From NCBI RefSeq assembly GCF_001194135.2, contig NC_068998.1:45087422-45151421 (forward strand): DNA of 64,000 nt, written 5' to 3'. This stretch comes from Octopus bimaculoides (Eukaryota). Under the pieces are notes generated by a model, which saw nothing but the letters and a program-made list of their open reading frames with translations, did no database searches and was not told where the DNA came from. Shown piece by piece: positions 50,916-64,000 of the stretch. Made by a program: the position numbers and the translations under genes. The stretch's first letter is position 1; every line of letters begins with the position of its first letter.

Positions 50916-53900
50916 CAATAGGGTATGATTTGAGGGAGATTTGGTCACTATTTCTGTCAGGTCTTGCTACATTGTAAAGGTCTCAATTATGCATACATAT
51001 GTAAGCAATAGGGTGTAATTTGAGGATTATTTGGTTGCTATTTCTACAAGCTTAATATGTATACAAGCTCTTTCATTGGATTGTATATACATAATGCTTT
51101 TATTGGCTCTACAAAACCATTAAAAAATGCTGGGACAAAGCTTTTCCCATACTTAAACCACTTCACAGCTAAACTGTTTCAACATCTGGCATAATTTTTG
51201 GTCCAAAAAATTGCTGTCACAGACAACAATTGTTATTCCAATTCCTGTGATGTTAGTTGATTTTCTGAAAACATCCAAAATCAGCCATATGAGATAGCAA
51301 TGAAAATGTAAACGAAATTCCATAATCATCACCACCAATCTGCTTTTCTCTTTCTTCCTCTCTTTCTACCTCTCATTCTTTCTCCCTCCATCTCTATTTC
51401 TATCTATCTCGATTGATTGCTTTGATTCCTTCCCTTCCACACCGTCTATGTCTCTCTCTTCATGTGTCTCATTTTGTATATCTTCTATACACCATTTGTC
51501 TATCTCTCTCCTTCTCTCCTCTCTCTCTCTCTCTCCTTCTGTCTCTCTCTCTCTCCTTCTCTCTCTCTCTCTCCCTCTCTCCTTCTCTCTCTCTCTCAAC
51601 AGTGAAGAAAGGAAAGTAATTGTAAATCAGAATGCTTAGGTTATTTTTTATAAGAATGAGGAAGTTTAAAAAATTGAATTTAGAAATATTGCTTCTGTGC
51701 ATCAAAATAAATGTTTGAAGCTTCTCTGTGAGATTTTGCATAATACATATTACATTACAGTTTTGTGGGTTTTCATTGTGGAATTTCTGGATAAAATGCA
51801 GACACATAAACAACTCACATTTATATATAAAGATTACGTATATGACTGCTCGACGAAGGAGATACTATACAGTAGCCCTTTTTGCTGGAAATAGTAACCA
51901 AATCTAAAAATTATATGATACTGTCTTAGATAAAGTATGACATTTGCCAATTTAGTCCTTGATATAAAAAAGAAAACGATCATAAACGGTTGTTATGGTT
52001 GGAGAGCATTTGATCATAGATTTATTTGATCAGGTATGACCAGATATAAAACAAAAGGACAGCAAAAACATCAATGTACATGATATAGGAATAGGTGTGT
52101 ATATACCAGGGATGTGTCACCTAGGTAGGCAAGGTAGGCAGTGCCTGTCTTGAATAAAATAGATCGATAGCAACATTTTCCTTTTATGGCAAATTATGGA
52201 CCTAATTCAATAACATTATGAAGGTTACACCGATTACTGTGTATAAAGTGCAAAATATTTTACTTTTTTGCAGATTAGGTAAGCATAATTTGCTCCTGCT
52301 TTTCAATCTCAGTATTTAAGTTACCCATAATACTGTTGTGTGCACGTGTGTTGCCTACACTCCCACAACACCGTTTTCTTTACGTGCTATGAAGACAGAA
52401 GTAAATCTGCCTTCAACTCAGTCGTGCACCTGTGCTTTGCTTATTTTTTGTGTTTTACTACATAAAGATCACCAACTGCCTTCCCTGTGTAATTACTGAT
52501 GGCACATTCCTGGTATACACATTATAACAATAATTTCACTGAAAATAACTGAAAGAAGTAAATAAGTGTTTTTTCAAAGATAACAAATTATATTTCTCAG
52601 ATAAGGATTTTGTATAAATATAGCCTTGAATTACCATGCTAAATTTGATTGAAGTAACATTATCAGTTGAAATGCACAATCACCAACTAATCTGATAAAG
52701 CAAAACCATTGAATTCAAACTCATTTCTAAAGATTCTTTCAGTATCAAATATACTTTTTTTGGAATTTGTTGTTTTTTCAAAATGTATAAAGTGTATTTT
52801 TGAGTTGGTTGTTTATTTATATTCACACAAATTAAATTATTAAATGAAATCTAACTTAAGATTTGCATGTTCATAGTATTACTACTGAAATAACTATTGT
52901 TGATTATACTAAAACTCATTAGGTGGGTTATTGATAGTTTTGTTTGGCCGATATAAGCTGTGTGTTGTTACCTTAAAACCAAGTCCATTTGAAGTTTACA
53001 AGGAAACCATTTATTTATATATTTTTGTATTTGGTTTGCAAGATTCTTGATGTGAATCCAAGACACAACAATATTTGTTTCTACATAAATATTACAATGA
53101 TTGCAATAGTTGCTTGCTGGAGACTGTAGAACTGATTACCAGAAGTGAGTTGTGTATGTATGTTGGCTAAGAATTAGACAGTGACACCTTCATCTAGGGA
53201 GAGAGGTAAGAATTAAGAATACCCTCGGTCAGTGCTTGGAGAAGTCAGAATATTCTGTTCATGGTAGACAAATGATTCTTTTTAACCTGAGGTCAAGCAT
53301 TTGACCAAGAACCCTGTGTGTGTCTCTCAACCTCTGTTGCACACATTGAGTTTGTTGAGTACATTGCACATGCTGCATGCATCTCATCACTCTGCCATGA
53401 GAGTTTGACATCCACTTCAATTTAAGAACATCTTTTGTCAGGAAACCATAACATTTTCTATAGATCATACAATTGTAGTTGAAATACTATTGGTCAGAAT
53501 TCAGGGCACCTCACATAATGTGGCCTATTTCTTGCAAACTAGCTAATGCAGTTTCAACTCTAAGCCCTGCTACAGCTCATAAAATGATACTGAATTTACT
53601 TAGTAGAAACATACATACATATGCATATACACACACACGTGCGTGTGCGCATACATACATATGCATATACACACACACACGTGCGTGTGCGCATACATAC
53701 ACACACTCTCTATCTCTCTCTCAGTCATTCTGTCAGCTGAAATTAGTTGGTTGAAGCTAAAAGCCCCACATGTGCTAAGAAACTTGTTTTATCAATGAAC
53801 CATTTTGGATTTAAAATAAACAAAATATAATATTCTGCTTTGTCAGCACAGTTCTCATATTGACATGGTGTGACTTCAGCTGTAAGCCAGAGATTTCATA

Positions 53901-54545
53901 TAAATATGAGCCAACACATATCATTCTCAAGGGAGTAAAGAATCCAGGAGAAATAATTAGATTTGTATGTACATATATACAAAATGCACAAGTACATGAA
54001 TTTACGCAAATTTAACAATGCAAATCATATACTCATCTGACATGTCTTCATGCATGCACGCACACACATAATGTATTCAACACATGATATACATCTACAC
54101 ATATGTACAGACAAGAATATACATACTAATACACACACACACACACACACACATGTCTGTGCATGCATGAATAAATAGACATAGGCATTCACACTTCTAA
54201 ATATCTTTATGGATAGTATAAGCTTGTGAGTAAATACATGCTCTGAAATATACCCAAACATTCTTACATACACACATGCACGTGCATGCATCCATGCACC
54301 CAATCACATGCATTCACATATACCCTCATCTACATTAATTTAAATGCACTCCTACATGTACACATGTGTATACATACGTGCAAGTGCACTTACAGTTTCA
54401 TATAGTAAGTCATTCAGATGTCTGAACAAACAACTTGACTCAATTACTGTTTAGCTCCCATGTTTAAAGAATCAGAAAACAAAGATATAATTTTTACACC
54501 AAAAGTAATGTAAACACCAACTATGAATACTAAGTTATGAAATTC

Positions 54546-54930
54546 TTACATTCTCTCGATTTCCTGTAACTTAGACTGTCTTATGGTCCCAGCGGACAAA
54601 ATGGAAAAAGCATTGCCTCTGAGGATAATGAGAGAGATGTGCTGGAACAGCCACTGTGACCCACATAACTCACTCTTGTGCGTAGCCATCTCCACCCCAA
54701 TAGTGGTGAACAGGGATATGGTCTTGGGATTGAGAATTCCAGAGGCCTCCACTGCTACAGGCTTGACCATAAACCTGTCAGAGAGTAATCAATGCATTGT
54801 CAGTTTTCTTTTCTCAGCCTGATGAGTAGTGGAGCCTGGACTGGTAGCTGACCACACCAATTGCTGCTGGAAGATGTGTCACAGCATGTGGCATCTCAGA
54901 TAAGAAGTCTACTGCCACGGAATGGATAGT
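54546..54930 (-). mobile_element. 3' end of a CRE-clade (restriction-like endonuclease) non-LTR retrotransposon
   Basis: IPWQ*..LI*DATCCDT..SATSPGSTTHQAEKRKLTMH*LLSDRFMVKPVAVEASGILNPK..QWLFQHISLIILRGNAFSILSAG. This fits the PW..G..L.WD.T..DT / AE..K..KY / P.AVET.G / FL.QR.S.A.QRGNA signature. Confidence 0.75.
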
Positions 54931-54934
54931 TAGA

Positions 54935-55110
54935 ATAGATGCTGGTTTGTTTATATCCCCATAACTTAGCAGTTCTACAAAAAACGACCGATAGAATAGT
55001 TGCCAGGCTTAGAAATATAATAAGTACTAGAGTCAATTTGTTCTACTAAAACCTTCAAAGCAGTGCTCCAGCAGGGTCACAGTCTAAGGACAAAAACCTG
55101 TAAAAGATAT
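54935..55110 (+). mobile_element. SINE family A 3' half (tail type 1)
   Basis: gatgctggtttgtttatatccccataacttagcagttc..gtgctccagcagggtcacagtc; reverse of 3040-3155. Confidence 0.75.
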
Positions 55111-56322
55111 GAGAGAAAAGATATCAATATTGAGTGTGAAATAGAGATAAAACATGAGAATTCTGTATGATATTGGATTCTTGTTTTCCATTTTCCCATT
55201 CAAAATCCATTTTCTAAATGTACATATGTCTGTGCCTATGTGTATGTTTATGAGAGTTATTCCATGTGTTCTGCTTATTTCTATTCTGTTAAGTCTTCAG
55301 CAAATAGAGTTTGTTATTCAGTTGAGATTTTCTGTTGAAATTATTTCGTGTTGTTGAAGAAAAACCTGATCACCACAACTTCTTTCCCTAAACATCCAAG
55401 AATTTATTCCTGTGTAAGAAATCAATTATTAGTGTTCTCCCAAGTCTCTGGTTTTATTTCTATAATATGGACTTTTCTCTTACAAAGATATTACCTATCA
55501 CTGCAATATATTTAAGTCAAAAAGTAACCAGCTACTTATAGAATTCTATAATCTCAGGTTTATGAGCATACCACTAATTTTAATAACATCATTTACAAGC
55601 GTATGTGGTATTTTTTTGTGTATTTTTTATTAGTTTGAATTTTTTTAGTGTAAAGAATCAGCAGTTATAAATGTAAAGATTTAGGACCTGTAGTGAGTAT
55701 GTAAAAATGTTTTGGTAAAATTCGTACCAGTGATTCCTAATAAATTCTGACCTTCCCTGTACAATATACATTTTTTTCATATTTAATTCTTCTGTAAAAC
55801 ATTAAGATTGCTTCTGAGATTTAGTGAATGTCTATTATTGCAAATACAATGTACTTTAGAAATTTTCACTGACAGTTTTATTTTTCTAAACATGTAGAAC
55901 TGAATGTATTATTCAAAAGAACAAATTCTGCATAAATTATCAAGAAGGTGATAATAAATATAGAAAACATTGAATAAGGGTGAAGTGGTTGGTTGAGTTA
56001 TTCATTGTCAGTGAAACAGGGATACAAACAGATTAAGGGAGCAAAAGCTATTGCCAATATAATGAATGGCAGTCACATCACACAGGTGCTAGCAAGTCCA
56101 AGAGATTTTTTTAGAAACCATCCGACAATGAAATATATGGCTATTTTTAACATTATCTAGAATATTGGAGGTTTCACTAGTCTCATATATCAGAGTTGTG
56201 TTGCATGTTTTTGAATTTCATTCCATAACTGTATTCGTTATCATCCTTAGTGTGTATTAAAAGAAGATATGTCAAAAACTTTCTCACTAAATTGTATAAA
56301 CTAGTTGAATATTAACAACCTG

Positions 56323-56709
56323 GTGGGGGCGCAATGGCCTAGTGGTTAGGGCAGCAGACTAATGGTCGTAGGATCACGGTTTCGATTCCCAGACCAGGCG
56401 TTGTTAGTGTTTATTGAGCGAAAACACCTTAAAGTTCCACAAGGCTCCTGTAGGGGGATAGTGGCGAACCCTGCTATACTCTTTCACCACAACTTTCTCT
56501 CACTCTTTCTTCCTGTTTCTGTTGTACCTGTATTTCAAAGGGCCAGCCTTGTCATACTCTGTGTCACGTTGAATCTCCCCCAAGAACTACATAAAGGGTA
56601 CACGTGACTGTGGAGTGCTCAGCCACTTGCACATTGATTTCATGAACAGGCTGTTCCGCTGATCAGATCAACTGGAACCTTCGTCATCGTAACCATCGGA
56701 GTGCCAACT
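56323..56709 (+). mobile_element. Full-length SINE family B with 13-bp TSD
   Basis: Collinear with 29367-29751. TSD TATTAACAACCTG at 56310-56322 and 56710-56722. Confidence 0.92.
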
Positions 56710-56902
56710 TATTAACAACCTGATATCATCTTCTACTTTCAAGAGTTGGTATTTTAATAATTTGTCATTATTTAGTGGCTTATAATTCAATCACATATAA
56801 AAATTATCTCGTAACATTTTTAATGTCAGTTTACCTCTGCAGCTGATTATGACATGCAGGTAACAGAAGCTGTCAACTGAGTCTAAAGAGCCTTCCAGAC
56901 AT

Positions 56903-57100
56903 TTAACCCTTTAGCATTTAAACCAGCCATATCCAGTCAAAATATTCTACCTATTTTATCTCCAAACTGGCCAGAACTGATCTTTCACACCAACCCTACA
57001 ATGTCATTCTAAAAATATACAATCGCATCATTAAAATCTCAAAGCTACAAGATAATGCATAATTAATTCAAAGCAATGTGAATAAATAGGCATCACTTTT
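56903..57100. mobile_element. piggyBac-type MITE, opposite orientation, one end lost
   Basis: ttaaccctttagcatttaaaccagccatatcc..; reverse complement of the 12915 and 43981 copies. Confidence 0.75.
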
Positions 57101-57299
57101 ATCAAAATAATGTGAATACTAAAGAAATTCATTCCCCTAGTGTTCTTTTGGCACAGCTACTTATGTACAATTTTCTACCTATAAAAACTTTTTCTGTCAG
57201 CCAGCATATAATCTCACTGCACTGTTTATGCACCCAAAGTTTACATTGCATACACTGTATAGAATCCTTGTTACAAAAAATGTCCTCCATTCTATAAGC

Positions 57300-57530
57300 A
57301 GCTTAGTTATAAGAACTAGATCAACGGCATGCAGAAGTTCCTGTAGACAACCACTCTCAAACTCTTCTCTTATGGCCTGAAAAATATAATACATAGGTGA
57401 TGGTTAAGAACTGAATCCTGATGAATAATAATTACATGATTCTAAGGGATTTCTCCACAAAGATTGACCATCCTACTGATGTAAGACAAGCAGATATGAT
57501 TGTAGACAGAAGAAACAGTGTAAAACCATA
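57300..57530 (-). mobile_element. Decayed RTE RT core fragment
   Basis: IHQDSVLNHHLCII..AIREEFESGCLQELLHAVDLVLI, resembling VHQGSVLSPLLFII..EFRTGCPWELLYADDLVLI. Confidence 0.65.
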
Positions 57531-57744
57531 GACTTTGAAATATCACATGATAATACAATGGATACCAAAGAAATCAAGAACTGAATAGTTATGTTACCCC
57601 TGAAAGTATCAATTAACCCTGAACATACTTTTTAACCTTGAACATCCTTGTACACCTCTGTGCATATTTCATAAGTTGTGTGTAATTCTTGTTCCAAAAA
57701 AGAAACACTTTATATATTTCTCAAGTCATGAATTATAAAGATAA

Positions 57745-57827
57745 AAATAATAATAATAATGATGATAAAAATAATAATAATAATAATAATGATGATGATA
57801 ATAATAATAATAATAATGATGATGATG

Positions 57828-57907
<80 letters not shown>

Positions 57908-57942
57908 AATAATAATAATAATAATGATGATGATGATAATAA
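57745..57942. repeat. Compound (AAT)n(GAT)n microsatellite
   Basis: Directly visible alternating blocks. Confidence 0.95.
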
Positions 57943-58671
57943 TTTTGTTCACGTATTTCCTTCCTATTTCTGATTCAGACTTGTGTCTAGTCAAAAGACA
58001 TTAATATAACAGCATAAAGGATTGATTCAGAGTTCAGTTTTGATTTGTACACTAGATTTATAAAAATAAGCTGACATAGAAAACTTTGTTTACTTCTAAA
58101 TATATCTGTTACATTTACAAATCAAACCCATACATATATCATTAATGAGTAAGACCTGAATTCAAACCAGAAATTTGTCCATATGCTATTTGTAGCAAAG
58201 TCTATTACTGAAATTAGATTGCCTCTTGTACAAATGACATGCAGAAAGTTATAATTTTCAGGCCTCCGCAGTGTTAAGTGGTTCTGAAATGTTACATTAT
58301 TGATCAGTTTGAATATTTTAAATGAAGGTTCGTGGCCACCTTTTGATGGAACCTTATTGGTTTCTGGTACTCCATATATAAACATTGATAAAAAAAAAAA
58401 AAAACATATATAAATATACATTACTAGAAAGAAAAAAAAGAAGAAATCAATACCTGTATAGCAGACAGAGAACTGCCAAATTTCCATTTCTACTGCTATT
58501 ATTTGCATAAAGTAATACCTGTCTAGAGAGCGTGGCCTGATACATTAAGTTTCTATCATATACGTGATTGCTTTGTTTTATTTTATTTTATTAAATTGTT
58601 AACTTCACTGTTTTAGGATAATAATAATGATAATAATAATAATAATAATAACAATAAAAATAATAGTAATG

Positions 58672-58705
<34 letters not shown>

Positions 58706-59447
58706 TAAAAATAATAGTACTGATAATAATAATAATAATAATAATTATTTACTGAATTTGTTTATATTCTATTCATGTTTCACTTTTGTTATTGTGTTTG
58801 TTTAGTAACTTCTAAGTTTAATATGTTTCTATTTGAATATTGAGACATCAACATCAAACATATATTGTAGTCTTACTGTTTTATCTATATCTGTTATGAA
58901 CAAAATTGATGTATGTCTATGAATGTGAGTTTATACACACGCACACATACACGTATACACACACGCGCATATGCAGAGTTCTGAAATCCATCACCTGCAT
59001 ATAAAACTAATGGTCTAAAATTCATATTCAAACAGTAATGCCTCTACTCATCAGACTGGCCCTATTTACTACAGAAGAAGTAACACATGGCAACGTTGCT
59101 TCATGAAATGATGTACTTGCGAACTTTATTGTTCCAAACAAACAGCCAGGAACTCATTCCAAAACTATAAAAAAAAAACCAGACATTGATAACCCAAGAA
59201 CTGATTAATGTTTCAATACAATACATATGAACACACAATACGCACACAGACACACTCATGCACAATATACATGTACATGCATCATACACACATAGCACAT
59301 ACACAACACACACAACACAATATATATCAAAAAGAAACATGAACCATCTTAGAAGAGATTTAGACAACATCAGTAAGAATAGTGTACTGGCTCTTTAAAT
59401 TTGCAAGCAGCTACAACGTTTCTGTAATACACACACACACACACACA

Positions 59448-59501
<54 letters not shown>

Positions 59502-59657
59502 GATATATTTATACACTCATGCACACATACCCATAGGTACACATTTTCAGACTGTCAAACAACCTCAACAACTGACATAACTACTTTTACATGACAAACT
59601 TTTCACTCAGTTTTACAAATATGCCAACTCATATTGATGTAAATACTAGATTAATAC

Positions 59658-59837
59658 AGCATAGGTATGGTTGTGTGGTTAAGAATTTTGCTTTCCAACC
59701 ATGTGATTCTGGGTTCAGTCCCAATGAGCAGTTTTTTTTTAGCAAGTGGATTTGGTAGATTTGAACTGAAGGATGATCTCTGTGTATATGTGTGTATGTA
59801 GATGTATGTCTATGTGTGTGTGTAGGTGTGTAGGTGC

Positions 59838-59881
<44 letters not shown>

Positions 59882-60130
59882 TTTCCATTTGCTCTCACTT
59901 TCTACAAAAGTTACAACATATGGGTAGTAATGCTATCAGTTCTGTCAACAAATTATCTTCTTGCTTTGTGCCTTCGAAGCTATGTGGAATAAGAGATATC
60001 TCACTTGAAAAACAGGTATTTGTTAGCAACAGGAAGGGTATCTACCTGTAAAATATTGCCTCAGTAACATATTCATATAACCATCTAAGCCATTCTAGCA
60101 TGGACAATGGATGTAAATATGAATCATGAA
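59658..60130 (+). mobile_element. SINE family A with expanded internal (TG)n, tail type 2
   Basis: Head tggttgtgtggttaag..gggttcagtccc; tail aacaggaagggtatc..gcatggacaatggatgtaaa. Confidence 0.7.
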
Positions 60131-60241
60131 TATATACAGTTATATGAACAAGGACTGTGTTACATATTTAGCAAATGATTACATTATGAAGCTAGCAGTA
60201 TGAAACCATCAAATAAGGCTTTGGAATCTGGTCACCACATA

Positions 60242-60283
<42 letters not shown>

Positions 60284-61044
60284 NNNNNNNNNNTATATAT
60301 ATATATATATATACATACATACATAGAGCAAACTGCATGCATATTGAATGTCTATGAAATAATCATATCTCTGGTGATTTTTGACATGAGTAAAGAAGCT
60401 CTATTTTCACAAAGTAAACGTATCATGAAAATGTTTCCAGTAGATTTCTGGAGTTTTTTTAATAACATCCATAGATTAGCTGTTGCTTAGCCATTGTGAC
60501 TAAGGCTATGAACAGTAAAAAAAAAAAAAAAAAAAAAGAAATGGAGTCCCTTTATTCTAACACATTACTGTATACTTTGTTGATATCAAATGCTGATGTA
60601 AGAGAATTTAGACAGTGAATAAAGACAATAATTATTCTTGTTTTGTGGTTTGGATCATCACTGATTGTTCAGATTCCCTCACAGATGTTGCTAATGAAAC
60701 TCTTTGAACACGAAATTTCAATTAGTTTCTTCGCTGTAAGAATTCCATTTAAGTTAGCTGCTTGACAAAGGAATTGGAACACATATTCATCATGTCCAAG
60801 ACACTAATGAGGATTTAGGGAAGATTTCAGATTTAACATTCTCGTTGACTTTTAATAATTGACATTGCAGGAACTGATGTGGCTGTGGTTATTGTTAGTC
60901 TTCTATGACTACTGTTTGCTGTATATGTATATATGTATATGTATGAAGGCATTTACAGACTAATCATTTATATTAAGTGGACTGAAAACAACTTCAATAC
61001 CCTAAGAAATGCACATGAAAATGAAAATAAATATTAGTTTAACA

Positions 61045-61222
61045 TTTCGTTAGAAGGCCAGCAATTGTGAAGGAGGAGCTAAGTCAATTTCATTGACCCC
61101 AGTATTCAAATGGTACTTATTTTATTGACACCACCACCACCACCACCACCACCACACACTTGAAAGAAATGCTACTAAGCATTTTTTTGGATATGGTAAC
61201 GATTCTGCCAGCTCAGCATCTT
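61045..61222 (-). mobile_element. SINE family C with internal (CCA)n and deletion
   Basis: cattgaccccagtattcaaatggtacttattttattgac..gctactaagc..taacgattctgccagctc. Confidence 0.75.
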
Positions 61223-61845
61223 AAAAAAAAAATGAAAATAGATGTTAGAATATTAAAACTGTGTCTTGTTCGTCAGAGAAAAGTCTCTTTCAACCTTTCA
61301 ATGACTTCAGGACTTCTAAGTTAAGATCTATCTCCTGTTTTTAGAGTTTAATTGTGCTACAACTTATACAGTAACATTAATAAGAAATTGTGTTTCAGAA
61401 TATGTTTTGCAAGATTTTTGATGTGAAATCATGTGATGAAACAGATATTGTTATATATGTGTGTCCTTATCTGTGCGTGCGTTAATAAGTAAATAAATGA
61501 AAAAAATAAGCTATATAAAGGGTATGGATACAAACAATACAGTAAGCAAACCCATACACATACACACACAGATGCAGATATATATGCAGATATAGATACA
61601 CATCATAGAAAGACAGAATGGACAAAACAGAATAGGAGGATACAGGTGAGATGGAAGAATTGCTGAAGAGGTCGCAAATGTGTGGCAAAAGATTTCCAGA
61701 CAATGGACATAAGATAAAATAAGACCAATAATAAACAAGTGATAAACAATTACATAGTGCATGTGTTTATTTGGCAAGAAAAAAATGACCATCCCAAAAC
61801 ATATAATAAAAAATTCATACATATATATATATATATATATGTATA

Positions 61846-61876
<31 letters not shown>

Positions 61877-64000
61877 ATGCAAAGCAAGCAGATAATTTGA
61901 CATACACACAGAGGTCATCTTTCAGTTCACATCTACCAAATTCACATCAATAGATGTATTTGAATCAGCATATTTGTAAAATTGAGTGAAAAGTGTTTTG
62001 TTCAACTAACACATTCCAGTATACTTTATTCATATTAATATATATATATATATATATCTTTGTGTATGTGTGTGTGTGTGAGAGAGAAAGAGAGAAAATA
62101 TTACGAGAAAGCAACATTGCAGAAAATATGTAAGTAGAAAACTGTACAAATGAAATCTCAGCATATATAAGTCATTATTCTGGCATAACAGTGACAATTT
62201 GCAGAAAAAGATAATTAAAGAATGGCGATTTTTGTGAAAGAAAAAGGAAGTTTTCAGTGCCATCAGAATCTTTTAAAGTTTGAAACTGGAATTGGTCTTG
62301 AAATTACTTAATATTTTGCAAGAAATCCAGAATTATTTCAGATGTCACTACAAAATGAGTTAGTTGACAAATTAATCTGTGAGATGGTGTTAAAATTAAT
62401 ATGAATTTCAACATGGGAATAGAAATATTACAAAGCAGTGTCTTTGAATTTAATACAAACTCAAAATCAAACATGACACAATATGAAAGAAGAATAGATG
62501 TAAAGCATATACTACAAGAATATATATGACAAAATAATTGCCTACAATAGATTCAGGTGATGTATAGTTGCTGTAAAGTATACACATTAAATGATGGCTA
62601 ATGTTGGTGATTTCTAGTTTTACATCTTTGCAAACACTCTTTTTGCTTGCACAACTAGGTTACATTTTATTGTAAACCAGTCATGAATATAAAGAAGAGT
62701 ACTAGAGGAAGATAACTGCTGCTTCCCATTAAAAAACAGTTTTGACAAATATGGATGGTTTGTATCAGCAAAACCCTACCGTTTCCACAGAAAAATATAA
62801 AAAGCAGTGTTTTTCGAAATTGTCATGTTAATGCTTGTTCGTGCTAAAAATTGTGCTATTCTGAATTTTTGACACAAGTGTAGTTGAAAATATTCAAAGC
62901 TGTTTAAATGAATAGCTGGGAAACAATGGCTATAAATTATTTCATTTATGAAATAGCCAGCAAAAGTGAGAATTGCTTTCTAAAAACTCTATGCCTGGCT
63001 TGTTCCAAGATAAATAACTGTCAGGTCAATATGATTGGACATGATAAGCTGATTACAATCTGAAATTCATTCAAGCACATAATTTTCTTCTGTATTGTGA
63101 AATTCATTTTCAAGTTTTCAAATTAAACCAAATTACAAGAAAAAAAAAACCCATAAAAATGATAACCATAATACTTATTGACTGGAGTTTTATGCATAAC
63201 TTTAAATTAATTCAATATGGCATCATTATACCTTGATGAATAGATTAGATAGATTTTCAATAACGAAACCTGATTGACTTTAGCTTTTACAACCACTGAA
63301 GCTGTTATAATAGTTGTTGGGAACATACAGTCTCACTGAGTATACTGAACAGTACTCTGAACCCATTATTGAAAGAATAGTTCTGTACACTGGTCTTTTA
63401 TAGTAGCACTAATGGAGGCAATACTACATGTATTCTATATCATCAGTACTACCATCAGCTCTGCCACTATCACCGTTTCTGTTTACACTTGAACATATTT
63501 TAGTTGTGTATTGTATATTTTTGCAGATATGTGGTTGAAAAAGACTGATAACAAACACTATATGTTATTCCAAAGTTTAATTGAAACATTCACTTATTGT
63601 ATAAATTTTGTGGACAGAGACATAATTGTTACATTGTTGTTTCCTTTTCATTATAAATGAGCTTTCATTATGCCTAATTAAGAAAAATCTTTGTTACTTC
63701 AGTTCCTATCTATGCTAACTAGCATCTTTTTTTTTTTAATTTTTAATTCATTTTACACCATATTTAGTGAATAATGGCACTGTTCATTAGAGGTTTCCAA
63801 TGGGTTAATCGCTGGTCCACTGCATTTATGATGATAAGAGGCAAGAATTGTCTTTCCAATTTGGGCAGTAGAAATAAAACACAGGATAAAGTTTTATTCA
63901 AAAGCAATGGTTTTTCACTTTTGTTGCTGATTGATCAGTGAAACATACACATACAAGCACACATACATACATACGTATATATATATATATATATATATAT

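Noticed and set aside
53043-53144. Acceptor and GTGAGT donor bracketing 102 nt
   Set aside because: Stops in all three frames, and the sequence looks repeat-derived.
57689-58004. Poly-Asn/Asp, poly-Ile and poly-Met ORFs
   Set aside because: Compound (AAT)(GAT) microsatellite.
61670-61720. QMCGKRFPDNGH zinc-finger-like peptide
   Set aside because: Single partial motif followed by a stop, with no array.

Overview
This is AT-rich eukaryotic DNA with no complete gene and five assembly gaps (N runs at 14067-14305, 14661-14707, 24746-25333, 30290-30303, 60284-60293). It is dense in microsatellites and in repeat families that look like those of octopus; the species assignment is an inference from repeat style and was not checked by search. 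Most of the window is transposon debris: several modular tRNA-derived SINE families (two copies with intact TSDs), decayed RTE LINE pieces, a Penelope-like remnant, a CRE-clade restriction-like-endonuclease 3' end, two DD37D (maT) Tc1/mariner copies, a mariner end, piggyBac-type MITEs and a possible Gypsy integrase remnant. The best host-gene candidate is a CpG-retaining exon-like segment at about 16.9-17.1 kb. It is probably a + strand first coding exon, which would make the rest of the window intronic, but the strand is ambiguous and the protein is not recognised. Nearly all ORFs in the supplied track are microsatellite or repeat artefacts. The most notable observations are a 169-nt hairpin whose five non-Watson-Crick pairs are all G-U on the + strand, several other near-perfect hairpins, two hammerhead-like motifs, an RTE with 5'-inversion (twin-priming) geometry, and head-to-tail SINE trains. 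I found no multi-gene novel system; the leads are RNA-structure and mobile-element observations. All alignments and translations were done by eye.
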